A DNA stretch of 62,988 nucleotides, the filler included, from Craspedostauros australis (taxonomy: Eukaryota), in the NCBI GenBank assembly GCA_030167865.1. It is 12 parts of 12 records of this genome, joined end to end, with 100 filler letters (N's around TTAATTAATTAA, not from the genome) between each part and the next. Parts side by side here need not be neighbours in the genome. Positions count along the whole stretch, not along the records: positions 24,347 to 25,742 come from JALAGF010005372.1; positions 25,843 to 30,333 come from JALAGF010005373.1; positions 30,434 to 35,583 come from JALAGF010005374.1; positions 35,684 to 38,846 come from JALAGF010005375.1; 8 more parts are not named here. One strand, written 5' to 3'. The notes under the pieces are model-generated. The model worked only from the letters and a program-made list of their open reading frames with translations, made no database searches and was not told where the DNA came from. A program made the position numbers and the translations under genes. Positions 24,303 through 37,149 of the stretch are shown here, in pieces (positions within the stretch are counted from its first letter, which is position 1; every line of letters begins with the position of its first letter).

Positions 24303-25311
24303 NNNNNNNNNNNNNNNNNNNNNNNNNNNNNNNNNNNNNNNNNNNNACATCACAAGCGGCATTTTCGTTGATGTGGTGGTGCGCCGCTTTTGGCTTGTCT
24401 CAATTCATCACAGCACGACATCAACTGCCACAGAGAAGATCAAGTCATCACCCAGAATATGAGCTGTGACTACTGTTCCTGACCAATACCATTGACCTTC
24501 TCAACGATGCCATACAACTGGATTGTAACAGAAGGATTGCCTGTGGTGCTGGCTGTGAGGGATCTCATGACAGCATCGCAGAATGTAGATGCAACACAAA
24601 CCCCAGCTGGTCCGACTTCCAACAAGCTCTCAGTCGCCATGCCACCATACTCCTACTATCTCTCTCATTCGTTTTGTTGCGATGTTCACAACCGCAGACC
24701 CAAGGGAAGTCATGGATCAAGGTTGATTGAATACGAATCCCTGTTGAATGAATTGAAATTGAAGCCGACGGCCGGCGCATACCTTGTCCAGCCATAGCTT
24801 GTCTATATCATGCAAGTGCACGGCGCCCAGCATATGTCGGGTCCACACGCTCACATTGCTGGGTCATACAGCTTTGAAAACAAAGGAACGCCATGCGTAC
24901 TCTATGGAAATGGTGGCGTCTTTGTTGGTTCCCCTTGGCTGTCCATTGTGCTTGATTGGGCTGCGAGAAAATCTCTCGTCATATCCGTNNNNNNNNNNNN
25001 NNNNNNNNNNNNNNNNNNNNNNNNNNNNNNNNNNNNNNTCACAAATGGCAACATCGTTACGGTGCTATTCTGTGCTTCGTGCTCGTTCGCGTCCAACTCT
25101 TCCAATAATTGTCGCCTCACTTCGCAGTTTCAGAAAGGCATGGTGTGACTACTCGGCAAGGCCATGGTACATTCAATGACAGCTATATTGCAACAGTGAA
25201 GGTGCACTAAGTTACTACTTGTTTATTTCATGGAATTTAATCTCGCTCTCCATGCCAGAGGCTGCGTTTGAGATCACGAGTTCTCCAACATTTTTGAGGC
25301 ATATCTGTGGA

Positions 25312-25742
25312 CTAGTACTGCACTTGGAATAGGGAGCTCCCATGTTCGATTTGAAGCTGTGTGATGGTGACCACCGCTTTCATCACATGCTTGTGTAACA
25401 TGAGGTCGTTCCGGAAACGATTCTGCAAGATCTTCCACGTCTTGAAGCGGCCATTCACTGTCTCGTGACGCGCACGAGCCTGGCTTTTGGCATGCTTCTC
25501 CGCCTCTGTAACATAGTCATCTGAAGTGCGGACAGCATCATCGCCACGGTACCCACGATCAGCTTCCACCATTTCACCTTCATCCAAGTATTCTTTCAAT
25601 AGAGAGCGGAAGATCCTCAAGTCTGGATACCGTCCGCAAGGGAATGGACCATTCATCCAGACAATATCTCCCCTCTGGATGGAGACTGCAATCTCGTACC
25701 TGATTCCGGCCGACTTGAACTTGTGGGAGTACCACTTGCGGT
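25312..25742 (-). mobile_element. PIF/Harbinger (DDE_Tnp_4) transposase, C-terminal half
   Basis: WYSHKFKSAGIRYEIAVSI, WMNGPFPCG, EADRGY and RARHETVNGRFKTW..L..RFR. Confidence 0.85.
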
Positions 25743-26452
25743 NNNNNNNNNNNNNNNNNNNNNNNNNNNNNNNNNNNNNNNNNNNNTTAATTAATTAANN
25801 NNNNNNNNNNNNNNNNNNNNNNNNNNNNNNNNNNNNNNNNNNCACATCATCATATGGAGGTGTACCACGTCGGCCATGCACTCCCAGCCCATTCTGGATG
25901 CATCCGCGTGTCGCCATGGAGTGTGGTAATTCACGAGGGGCACAAGGAGGGGCTGCAAGGATTGTATGGATGAGAGATGGATCCATATCTGCATCACAAG
26001 CTGATTGAAACCGTTTTTTGGAAATCGCTCTGTTTCAGTGTGTGGATGCATTGCTGCATGCAGAGCCAATATCTGTGGCCATCCTTCATGGAGCGGATAG
26101 CTGGGGGGTATGCAGAGCGAATGGTATGCACAGTTTGCTGAAATACAAAGATGATGATAATGATCATGTGTGCTCATTGGAGGGCAACATTGTGGCATCA
26201 CCTTTTTTTTCCGAATCCGCCACACAAAACACAGCAAACCAACATGACTTCCAAAATATTGTCTATACTCATTTAACTTCAATATTCTGATAAACCGATA
26301 GTCATGTGTACGAATGCAATGCTTAGTTTTAATTTTAAGCGATATGTTGTTGAGATATAGCATGACAAGCCGATATTTGGATGTGTTTTTGGGTGGGCTC
26401 TAGACTCGTTTTAGTAGCATGGTCTGCCACCCACAAAACTCCACAACTAGTG

Positions 26453-29400
26453 CTATCGCGGCAGTACGTGCCCATCACAATTTTCCGTCCCATCATCCAA
26501 CACAGCCTCACTTTCTGTGTTGGCCTTCAGTGTGTCAGCATCACACCACATCTGATGATCCAGCTCCTCTTCTTCTCTCTGCAACTCTTCTTCTCTTCGT
26601 TCCTCCTGTGTTTCAGCTGGTGCATAGTGGGTCGCCACGATTGCAGATGCTGTTGCTGTTGCTGTTGCTGTTGGGTTGGTGTTGGTGTTGGTGTTGGCTT
26701 CTGCCTTGATGAGAGCGGCCTCCTTCTTGTCCTTGCGTTGTTTGGCATTGTACGCTGCAGACAGCGACGCTTTCACGCGCATGGGATTTGCGTGCAGTTG
26801 TACGTACCAGTCAGTTTTGGTTCTTTNNNNNNNNNNNNNNNNNNNNNNNNNNNNNNNNNNNNNNNNNNNNNNNNNNNNNNNNNNNNNNNNNNCTTCACTG
26901 ATGTCCTTCAACTTGTCCGCGATGTAGTCTGGTAGTTCCGCTGGTTTGCGCGTTGTTTTGCTCGCCCAGCCTGGCACTGGGACACCCGGCAAAATGGGTC
27001 GAATTAGTCTATTTTGGAGTCTACTGACCCAGCCAATCAAAACTCGTGGTTTTTGCGATGNNNNNNNNNNNNNNNNNNNNNNNNNNNNNNNNNNNNNNNN
27101 NNNNNNNNNNCAGCGACGCTTTGACGCGCATGGGGTTTGCGTGCAGTTGTACGTACCAGTCAGTTTTGGTCCTGTTGTCGTCCATCAATTGCTCGTGTGC
27201 TTCGTGTTCGGACGGTCTGTTTTTCGGGTCCTTCGCGGACGCTTCACTGATGTCCTTCAATTTCGCCGCGATGTAGTCTGGTAGTTTTGCTGGTTTGCGC
27301 GTGGTTTTGCTAGCCCAGCCTGGCACAGCGAGTGGTGGGTGTTGTGTTTCCGCGGTCTGGTCTTGTAGCGCCGTGGTGTGATCACATGGAAGATGTTCAT
27401 GTCCGTCTTCGAGGGCTTTGCCGAACACCAGCCCCTTGCTCTCTGCCGCTGTGCGACCGAGTTTTCGCGTCTTGTCCGTCTTCCTGAATGATTCGGACGT
27501 AATTNNNNNNNNNNNNNNNNNNNNNNNNNNGTCCTCGATGACACCCACCTCATTGATGATCCAGCCATCCCATTCGGTGGTCTTCACCACGACGTCTTCC
27601 GTGATGCCAGATGCAGCCACCAGCCGCGCCTGGCCATCATCATACTTCACCTCATGAGTCTGACGTACCTGTTGTCCAGACGCTCGGAATCGTCTTTTTG
27701 GTGCGCCTGGCAATGTCGTGATGTGGCCTTGGAGGTTTCGTGCATTGACCAATACCGTTGTTGTCNNNNNNNNNNNNNNNNNNNNNNNNNNNNNNNNNNN
27801 NNNNNNNNNNNNNNNATTGACCAATACCGTTGTTGTCCCCGCGATGCTACCAGCTTTCAGTGCTTCGTAGAGTTGGCGGGCGGTCTTGATGTCGCGTCCA
27901 CTTTGCACGTATTTTCGCAGTACACGGGTGATGAAGGCGAAGTGGGTGTCCAACATGCTCTTACCGGTTTGGGCCTCCGTGTAAATCCACGCGATGATTT
28001 TGGCTGCTTTTCGTGTCGCAAGGTTCTTGTTGAGTACCGATGTGATCAGTGGGATGTGCTCGTGACTGGCGAAGCAACANGCGTTATNGCTCTGTAGGAT
28101 GATTTCAGTCACGGATGGGAGAATNTCTTTGACCTTTTTTTGCACAATGTCAAGTAGTCCACCAACTTGAAGAGTGTCTTGTGTCGGTCTTCCACCGACC
28201 ACAATGTCAATGAACTGATAAGTAAAAATATCATTGTGACATGTGATGACCATCGCCCCAAGCAGTGACATTCCCTTCTTCCCCCAATATTCTTGCTGGG
28301 CTTCGCTTTGGCCTGTCGGTAGAATTTTTTGCTTATGGTCAAGTACCACATAGGCTCTTTTGCCATTGTTGTTGGTCGTGGATTTATAAATGTCGATTTG
28401 TCTGAATTGAACCTTTGCACGCACTTTGTGAGCCATGTAGTTAACAATTTCATCAGCGAATCCCGGCGCTGCCACAAGCATTGACTGCAACTCGTCCTTG
28501 TGTTCTGTGAGTTCGCTGTCCTTAAGCATAGTGACAAAAGGGACAAAACGATCATCCACAAATCGCATTGCTGCGCCACATCTGTTGCATACTTTACGTG
28601 GTTGTTTGTTTGAGGTGGTGGGAGAAATGTCATTTGTGATGGTGGTGTTCTTCTTGCACTTGTGCTTGTTGGTGTGGGCTTTGCGTTGGTTGGTTGATGA
28701 GCCTGCTCCCTTCTTCGCCTTTTCGGTGGTGAGAGCGAACGCGGCCGAATGCATGGGGTCGTCACTACGAAGCTGCATGTGCGACGCGGTGAATTCCCAT
28801 TTGACAAACACGACAAGCAGTTCGAGCGCATGCAACAGAGAATCGGCAGTGCGCACATGCTGTGCAATGATGTCATCCGGCTCGTCGTCGTTGTCGCTCT
28901 CGTCATTGGCATCGTTTTTTTCCTCCCCATCCGCATCATACTTAGCCTTCAGCAGGTCTACTAGGCGCGAAATTGCCTGTTTCAGTTTCTCTGTGGCCAT
29001 GCAGAAGTAACTCTCGAAGGAAGAAAGCCCTGTCTTGATCTTGCTTTTTCGTGTGAGCAGGTTAGTCATGAGGGTGAACGCAGGCCTTCCCACTGGGTTG
29101 TTAGTTGTAGATGAGTACATGTCCAATAGTTGTTTGATGGTGGTGCTACCACGATCGAACACCGGGACATTCTCGAATTCGACTCCACCATACTGTACCA
29201 TGTGACTCAACCCTGGCTTGTATGTTGTTGTTGTCATGAGGAAGGACACCACGCCAGACAGGTCACAGGCACGCACACGATACTGAAGTACTGGCGCTGG
29301 AATGGTTTCGCCACGGCTAAACATATCAAACCCACGTCGCAATGTTGTTAGCTGACTCCTAGTAATAGTGGCACGCGTGGGCTCGACACGATTGCGTTGT

Positions 29401-30135
29401 TCCTCCGGAAGATTCTCTACATGACGAGACAGGATTGCGGAGCTGTTAGTGAATGACGTAGATGCAGCGAGTACAGCTCTGGCAGCGTTAGCAAGTGTCT
29501 TTTCTCCCCTCACACATAGGGTGTACAGGTTCGCACCAAGTGTAGGAGGCGGGAGGTCCACGCGAGCATGGACAAACGCCACCACCTGTTGCATCTGGCG
29601 AGTTGGCGGAGCCTCCTGAGGGAGCAAGACACCCCAGAGCGCAGTTGCCACAGTGACCCACACACGTGTTGCATTCCACCATGTGCGCCTGTCACAATTG
29701 CCACCTAGCACGAATCCTGTGGGAGGCATGGAATTGAACACGTTCACATCGAAGTGATCCGTGAGCTCCTNNNNNNNNNNNNNNNNNNNNNNNNNNNNNN
29801 NNNNNNNNNNNNNNNNNNNNCACAGCTCTGGCAGCGTTAGCAAGTGTCTTTTCTCCCCTCACACATAGGGTGTACAGGTTCGCACCAAGTGCAGGAGGCG
29901 GGAGTTCCACGCGAGCATGGACAAACGCCACCACCTGTTGCATCTGGCGAGTTGGCGGAGCCTCCTGAGGGAGCAAGACACCCCAGAGCGCAGTTGCCAC
30001 AGTGACCCACACACGTGTTGCATTCCACCATGTGNGCCTNTCNCAATTGCCACCTAGCACGAATCCTGTGGGAGGCATGGAATTGAACACGTTCACATCG
30101 AAGTGATCCGTGAGCTCCTCCATCACACGAATCAC
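26453..30135 (-). mobile_element. Large DDD transposase, Sola3-like, fragmented by gaps and duplicated segments
   Basis: DHKQKILP..EAQQEYWGKKGMSLLG, LQSxNxxCF and YTEAQTGKSMLDTHF match the motif order I recall for Sola3. A CxxC (CNRC) lies upstream. ORF of more than 900 aa. Confidence 0.6.
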
Positions 30136-30452
30136 AGCAGGGCGCCTCCAATTTCCCCCCTCTTCCGGGTCATACCCAAACTGACCTCCTCTCTTGTTCC
30201 TGCTGGCGCGCGTTCGTTTCCCCCTGTCGTTGTCCTCGTAGGTGGTGTTGCTGTCGTTGGAGGTGTCTGCGTATCCACCAGCAACAACAGTATTGCAGCG
30301 GCGAGGGAGCCTCGCTGGCGGGGCAGGCTCGACNNNNNNNNNNNNNNNNNNNNNNNNNNNNNNNNNNNNNNNNNNNNTTAATTAATTAANNNNNNNNNNN
30401 NNNNNNNNNNNNNNNNNNNNNNNNNNNNNNNNNCGACAAGGCATCAAGCACC

Positions 30453-33400
30453 ATGGCAGACAAAACAACTCCCTGTGAGCAGACGGATGATCAAACGTAC
30501 GCTTCATCACATCCAGGCACAGACACTACCGATGATCCCAAGCACAGTATCTACGACGACGACAACCACACCTTCGGTGACGACGACGATGGCAACGATG
30601 ACGATGACGAACAGTGGGATCAACTGCGGCTCAACACCTTCGTGGGACGCGAAGATGAGCTGGAACGATTGAATTCGATCTACGGCCGCATATGTCGCAA
30701 ACCACTGACGAAGCCCACACGTGATGACAGCAGTAGTGCCGATAGCAACAAGGATGCACAGGTCGTTCTCATCCACGGCTATTCAGGGACGGGCAAATCA
30801 GCATTGGTGGACCGTTTCTTGCATAGATTGAATGATGGCGCAACCAAGTCACCATCGCCGCCCCCATCATCTCCGCCGTCTCAAACTGACACATCCGCAA
30901 TTGCTCACTCTGTACAGAATGAATCACCCATGCCATCAAACAAGCGACGGGCTGACTCGCATCCATGTCACTATGGAAAGGGAAAGTACGACCAATTCAA
31001 TGCAGGTGGCAATCTCTCGGCCATCGTGGATGCGCTGTCACATTTCTTTCGGAGCCTTGTTGCATCTGGCGACACCGAAGAATGCCACCGGATCAGGATG
31101 GGACTCAATCGGAGGATGGATGTCACACGCCGCATGCTTGCGTGCCGCGCCATTCCAGGGCTTGTGTCTTTGTTGAAGGAACATCGGGCAAGTCATGCAG
31201 GCAGTGTGGTCGATATCGCGACCTCAAACAGTTTCGGAAGCGGTCACTCAAGCGAGTTGCTTCGCGAAGAGCAGGCGTCGGTTTCTGCAGGTTCGATAGC
31301 TTCGGGGAGTGTGATGAACACAGGCGCGTTCTCTCATGCTGGATCCAAAACGAACGAGTGGGTTCAGTTGGTGTACAGCTTCAAGGTCGTTCTGAAGGCC
31401 ATCTGCACTGACGGCCGTCCTCTCGTGCTCTATCTGGATGGTGAGTGATAGCGATGGGATCGTCTGCTTCATGTGTGCGATGTTCCTCCACGGTCTCGGC
31501 GTGGCATCGTACGAGTACGCTGTCGCAACGCACCACACTGAACCACCGTTGTATCTTTCGCGTTCCCAATCTCTCACATTCGCACACCAAAACCCACGCA
31601 AACAGATCTTCAATGGATTGATGAACGATCCCTCAAGCTCATTACGGAGATCTTGATCGACCAATCCATCCGCAACCTTCTCATCATCGGATCATACCGA
31701 TCCAACGAGGTGCACAACGATCCTCAGCATCAACTCACCACGGCCGTCTCACAGTGGAAAACCGACGGAAAGACCATCCACGACATTCCCCTCAATGATC
31801 TCACAGTCACCCAAACTGCGGAGTTGCTTGCATCGTCACTTCGGTTGGATGTAGTCAAAACAGCCCCTCTGGCCAAGCTGCTCCACGACAAGACCAAAGG
31901 CAACGTTCTCTACACCATGCAAGCGTTGGAGGGACTGCGCCGTCGCAAGGTTCTGACTCGCAACATCCACACAATGCAATGGGAATGGGATGAGCAGCGA
32001 GCAGCCGATGAGATCGACCTATCAGCGAATGTCGTCGACCTGATCACATCGAAGCTGCAGTCACTGCCTGAGGATCTTCGGAGGTGCTTACAGATGGCTT
32101 CATTTCTGCGATCGACATTCCGTCAATCGTTGTTGGAGACGCTGATGGACATGGAGATTGAACACCAGCAGCAGNNNNNNNNNNNNNNNNNNNNNNNNNN
32201 NNNNNNNNNNNNNNNNNNNNNNNNCGACCAATCCATCCGCAACCTTCTCATCATCGGATCATACCGATCCAACGAGGTGCACAACGATCCTCAGCATCAA
32301 CTCACCACGGCCGTCTCACAGTGGAAAACCGACGGAAAGACCATCCACGACATTCCCCTCAATGATCTCACAGTCACCCAAACTGCGGAGTTGCTTGCAT
32401 CGTCACTTCGGTTGGATGNAGTCAAAACANCCCCTCTGGCCAAGCTGCTCCANGACAAGACCAAAGGCAACGTNCTNTACACNATGCAAGCGTTGGAGGG
32501 ACTGCGCCGTCGCAAGGNTCTGACTCGCAACATCNACACAATGCAATGGGAATGGGATGAGCAGCGAGCAGCCGANGAGATCGACNTNNCNGCNAANGTN
32601 GTCGACCTGATCACNTCGAAGCTGCANTCNNTGCCTGAGGATCTTCNGAGGTGCTTNCAGATGGCTTCATTTCTGCGATCGACATTCCGTCAATCGTTGT
32701 TGGAGACGCTGATGGACATGGAGATTGAACACCAGCAGCAGAAGGCAGATGGTGGAGACACCATGCGTACCTTGGCAGTGGCCGATATGAGCGTAGGTGA
32801 CGCATTGAATCTAGCAGTGAAGGAGGAACTGTTGGAGAGACTCGATGTCGACACAGCAACCGCCGCAGAGATAGCTGAAGGCACAGTCACCTCAGGTGCG
32901 ACGTTCCGCTTCGTTCATGACCGAATCCAACAGGCGGCCTTCTCGTTGACTCCTCCGGGTGACGAACTCGATCAAATGAAGTATCAGGTCGGGAAACACC
33001 TCATGGGGATCGCGTCTGATCCCATGCTGGGTGAAGATTGGATGTGGTTTGTGGCCGCAGATCATCTGGAGAATGCATCTTCGCTCACAACCACCAACAC
33101 TATCATCCCGGAGCTTGATTTGATCAAGCTGAACCTTAAGGTTGGGCAGCTTGCCGTTGGCGTGGCTGCCTTTCTCCCAGCAATGAAATACTTGAACCGG
33201 GCATTGACGAATCTGGAGGTCAAGATAGCTGACCCTTGGAAGACGCAGCATGAGCTGTGTTTGGAGATCTACCATCGATTATCCGAGGTTGAGCTGACCC
33301 TCGGCAACTATGAGAAGGGATCGACCCTGTCCCAGACCATCATCGACAACTGCAGCAATTCCATCGAAGATATCGTCAAAGTGAATTCATCCCTCGCGGT

Positions 33401-35072
33401 GGCTCTCGAACGGATGGAGAGACACGAGGAAGCTTGTGTCTTGCACCTTCGGTCGCTCAAGTTGCTGGGGACGTTCCCAATGAGAAACCATCTATTCCTG
33501 GCACTGAGAGACTTCAGAAAGCTCAAGAAGTACTTCGCGAAGCACACGGATGAAGAGGTGCTGAACCTTCCCACCATGACCGATCCCAAGATGTTGATGA
33601 CGATGAAGATCTTACAGTCTCTCGGGTCGACCTCCTTCCTGGCTGCCAGGGATGCGACGATGCTGCTTGCGGGATTTCGCCAGGTGACGTTGATGCTGAA
33701 GCATGGGCTGAATGGTGAAAGTGCCTATGGCGCTTATGTGACGCGATCGGTCGCATTACATGTCATGAAGGATGTGAAATTCGCAAAACGGCTGCAAACG
33801 CTCCCGGCAAGGATTCTCGCTACGACGCACTCCAAATACGTGATGTGCCAGTTCTTCATGGCAGATACAGGATTTCTGGCTGCGTGGTCCGAGCCTGTAC
33901 ATGTATGTTTGGCAGCCTATCAAAAAGGTCATCAGGCTGGGATGGAGGCAGGTGATTTGTCTCATGCATATCGATGCTGGGGGATGTGCTTGATGCATGG
34001 CTTCTTGTGTGGGGTCCCGCTTGTGTCCTTGCACCGCACGGCGAAGATGCTTCTGGTGCAAGCCGACCATTACAACCTGAAAGAGATGTCCAACTCATAT
34101 GGACAAGTCGCACGTTTCTTCGAGATCTTGCTGGGCATGTCGTCTTCTCGACTTCAAGGCGAAGTGATTCGGGAGCAACCAGGGGAACAATCAACCGGGC
34201 ACTGGAAGGACCGGTCTGATGTCCCATCAACCAAAGACATGGACCGTGAGCAACACATTCGTTGGGGTATATGGTACTGGTGCTACGAGCAATTAACGAT
34301 GTACTTCGGTGAATTGGAGCTGGGGAAGATCTGCATGGGGCCATCAAAAGCTATCGCTGGGCTCGACAATACCTTTGCTCGGCAGACCGTGAGAGTGTTT
34401 CAAGGTGGGCTCACCATGTCCAGGATGGCGCAAAAGACAGACAACAAGAGAAAGCGGAGGAAGTACCACCGCCAGGCGGCAAGCTACACGGCAGAACTTC
34501 GTCGTCTGGTCGAGAGAAATGGTGGCAACAACCTCCATCGGTACCTCATCATGGAGGCAGACACGATGGCAGCCGGAGGGAAGCAATCCGAACAGAAGGT
34601 GAAGGCAGCGTACGACAAGGCCATTTCCTATTGCGCCAGATCGGGACATGTCAATGACGCAGCGCTGGCAAATGAGCTTGCCGCTGAGTACTTTCTGAAC
34701 AAGCACACAGGCACACTGGCACTGTCTGGGTCTTTGCGTCGCACAACCTTGAGCGGTCCCTTACGAAGCTCCGATTTTGAAAGCACAGGTGTCCTGGATG
34801 ATGATAAAGACTTCTACTGGCCACGGCAGTATCTGGGAAATGCCATCTCGTTGTACAACGAATGGGGAGCAAGGGCAAAGGTCGAACAGCTGTTGGAGAA
34901 GCATCCGAATCTTGTAGATCGATGCATGCTGGAGGGTGGTGTTGACGGTGGTGACGGAGAAACCAATGGTCAGCGACGGAAACGAAGAACTGCAAGGCAT
35001 ACAGCAGATACGCGGATGTGCGTGGCCACAGCCCACAAGATCATGGCAGAGGTGAACTTTGATGCGCTTTAA
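30453..35072 (+). CDS. COG3899-like STAND/AAA_16 ATPase with helical C-terminus, paralog 2; exons 30453-31440 and 31606-35072 (contains an assembly duplication)
   Basis: FVGREDEL, Walker A GYSGTGKS and GKYDQ. A 165-nt GTGAGT...CAG intron restores LYLDDLQWID. Also KTKGNVLY, FRFVHDRIQQAA, ANELAA and WGARAKV. Confidence 0.85.
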
Positions 35073-35835
35073 CTGATCCTATCATTTTAGATGCGTAACT
35101 TTACAAGCAGACTGGCCTCAGAGCAGAACTTCGCCTTGTCCCCGTCAGCGATTGTGGAATCGCGATAATGCTCGCGTTTGCGACCTCTCCTATCTCCAAT
35201 GCTGCAGGCACTCATTGGATGGTGTCAGATATCAAGAGGCGCCGAGGAGAGCTGTCACGGTGAGGGTGGTGGTTGTTGGCGATCGTGGTGTGCTAGCATC
35301 TATTATGCCTCTCTGCGGAGAAGTATTCATGGAATGTCGTGTCTACAGAACTCGCTTGTATTCGAACAGGTCGACGTCATTTGTTCTTTTGTGTTCGATC
35401 TCCTTCATTTCAGTCTTTCCAAGAATCATGTATTCAGTCGTGTACATGACCATCCAAACGTGTACCTACACTAAACACGTCTGAATCAACAAATCGTTCA
35501 ACCACAAAACAACCCCAAACAACACGGAACAGGACAACGTTGTGCCTTGGTTGCGTTTTTGTGCTTCGTTCTCCATTTCGTTCNNNNNNNNNNNNNNNNN
35601 NNNNNNNNNNNNNNNNNNNNNNNNNNNTTAATTAATTAANNNNNNNNNNNNNNNNNNNNNNNNNNNNNNNNNNNNNNNNNNNNACAAACACGTTGCTTTA
35701 TCGCCTTGTATTTTACTGAGCGATGGTTGTCACAGGGGCTACGGGCAGATAGGCATTCGATCCCTGAATCTGGAATTCGGCAGCAATGACCAATTCGGAG
35801 AAGAAGACAAGCAAGCGATTCGCTTCGGACTTCGA

Positions 35836-36894
35836 TTGGCTGCCAAACACCCATTCAAATCTCCATTCGATCAATGTATCCGCTTGCCTCAATGCTTCGT
35901 GGAGATGAAGCAGCTCCACGATATCCCTCTTGTGATACATCGTGTGCATTTGCATTCATGTGATCTTGTTGATTGCGACAAGCTCATGTTCAATATCTCC
36001 CAAAACTCCAAATACGTTATGTTTCATATCAGTAAGATCGCCAATGGGGGCGCTGATCTGTGCAGATGGCTGTCTCCAAACAATTGCAGCATCACCAAAG
36101 TCTCCTTTTTGGACACCTGTATCACTTGCGATAGCTTGGCAAAGCTATTCCAGTCAAACAAGCGCATCAACAAGCTCGACATCGATTTCGGTGTGATCTA
36201 CGGCGCCCGACGAATCTACTCACAACAAGAAATCGACCAGATCATCAAACTCCTTTCAGATGCATCACACTTGAAGAAGCTCAGGGTTTCCTGTTGCTGG
36301 GACATGCCATCGCAACAAAAGCAGATGATCATGTTCGACGCATTGATCTCGCTCCTGGGAAACAAGGGCTTGTCATCTCTCACATACTGTGTCGATGGTA
36401 ATCCTGGCATGTTTAAAGGTGCGCCTGAGACGCTCTCGGCACAGATGGAAGCACTTCAGCAAGCCTTGGAGCAGACTACCCAACTCACCTATCTCCACAT
36501 TCGATCACGCCCGCCTGGCGAACACGTCCATTCGTACAATGCGGTTGTTGGACGTATCTTGCGGCGAAATCATCGCAACAAGGTGAGAGCAGTGCTGTGT
36601 TCCCTTCCGACATGGTCGAGGCCACTGGCCCTGTTTGGAGAGATGCTGATGAGAACAAGCAAACGGAGTACAATGGATGCGCTGGGTCTAATGAGTACAA
36701 TATATCTCACGAGCGAGACTTTCAACATTCTGCTGCAGGGCAGTGAGGCGTTGAAACAGGCGTGGGATGACAAGAGAGCGGATCGGCTCGTCCGAGTTGA
36801 TGATGCTTCTGCTTGCTGTGTGGACAACAACGGCACATCGATGATTAATGCGATCCTGCATTGTCTTGGAGTACTCTGGTCGTCGAGTAATTAG
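35836..36894 (+). CDS. Hypothetical RNI-like/leucine-rich-repeat-type protein
   Basis: 352-aa ORF with ITKVSF, INKLDI, LKKLRV, LSSLTY and LTYLHI repeats, followed by an ILRRN..R helix. Confidence 0.5.
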   Translation: MAAKHPFKSPFDQCIRLPQCFVEMKQLHDIPLVIHRVHLHSCDLVDCDKLMFNISQNSKYVMFHISKIANGGADLCRWLSPNNCSITKVSFLDTCITCDSLAKLFQSNKRINKLDIDFGVIYGARRIYSQQEIDQIIKLLSDASHLKKLRVSCCWDMPSQQKQMIMFDALISLLGNKGLSSLTYCVDGNPGMFKGAPETLSAQMEALQQALEQTTQLTYLHIRSRPPGEHVHSYNAVVGRILRRNHRNKVRAVLCSLPTWSRPLALFGEMLMRTSKRSTMDALGLMSTIYLTSETFNILLQGSEALKQAWDDKRADRLVRVDDASACCVDNNGTSMINAILHCLGVLWSSSN

Positions 36895-37149
36895 AACAGC
36901 GCATGAAGACAGTATTGATACTCTGGTGCATGTGAGTGTGTTGTTGTACGAGTAGGATGGAAAAGGGAGGTGGTTGGTTGATGGGAAGGTTGCTTGATTG
37001 AGAGGTGTTCGCCTGTGATTATGATTGTGATTGTGATTGAGTGTTGTGGTTGGTGAGAAGTATGGAATGTCTGGATCGGACGAGTGTGGCTAGTCCATCA
37101 ACAACAAGCGAAAGCCGTCCACAGAATCTATCTGCATCACACCGCGATT

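Noticed and set aside
24347..26380. Harbinger second ORF or N-terminal half
   Set aside because: No convincing motifs, and 25843 onward is a different scaffold.
31658..32740. Internal domain duplication in ATPase paralog 2
   Set aside because: The copies are identical apart from Ns and sit either side of a 50-N gap, so this is an overlap artefact.
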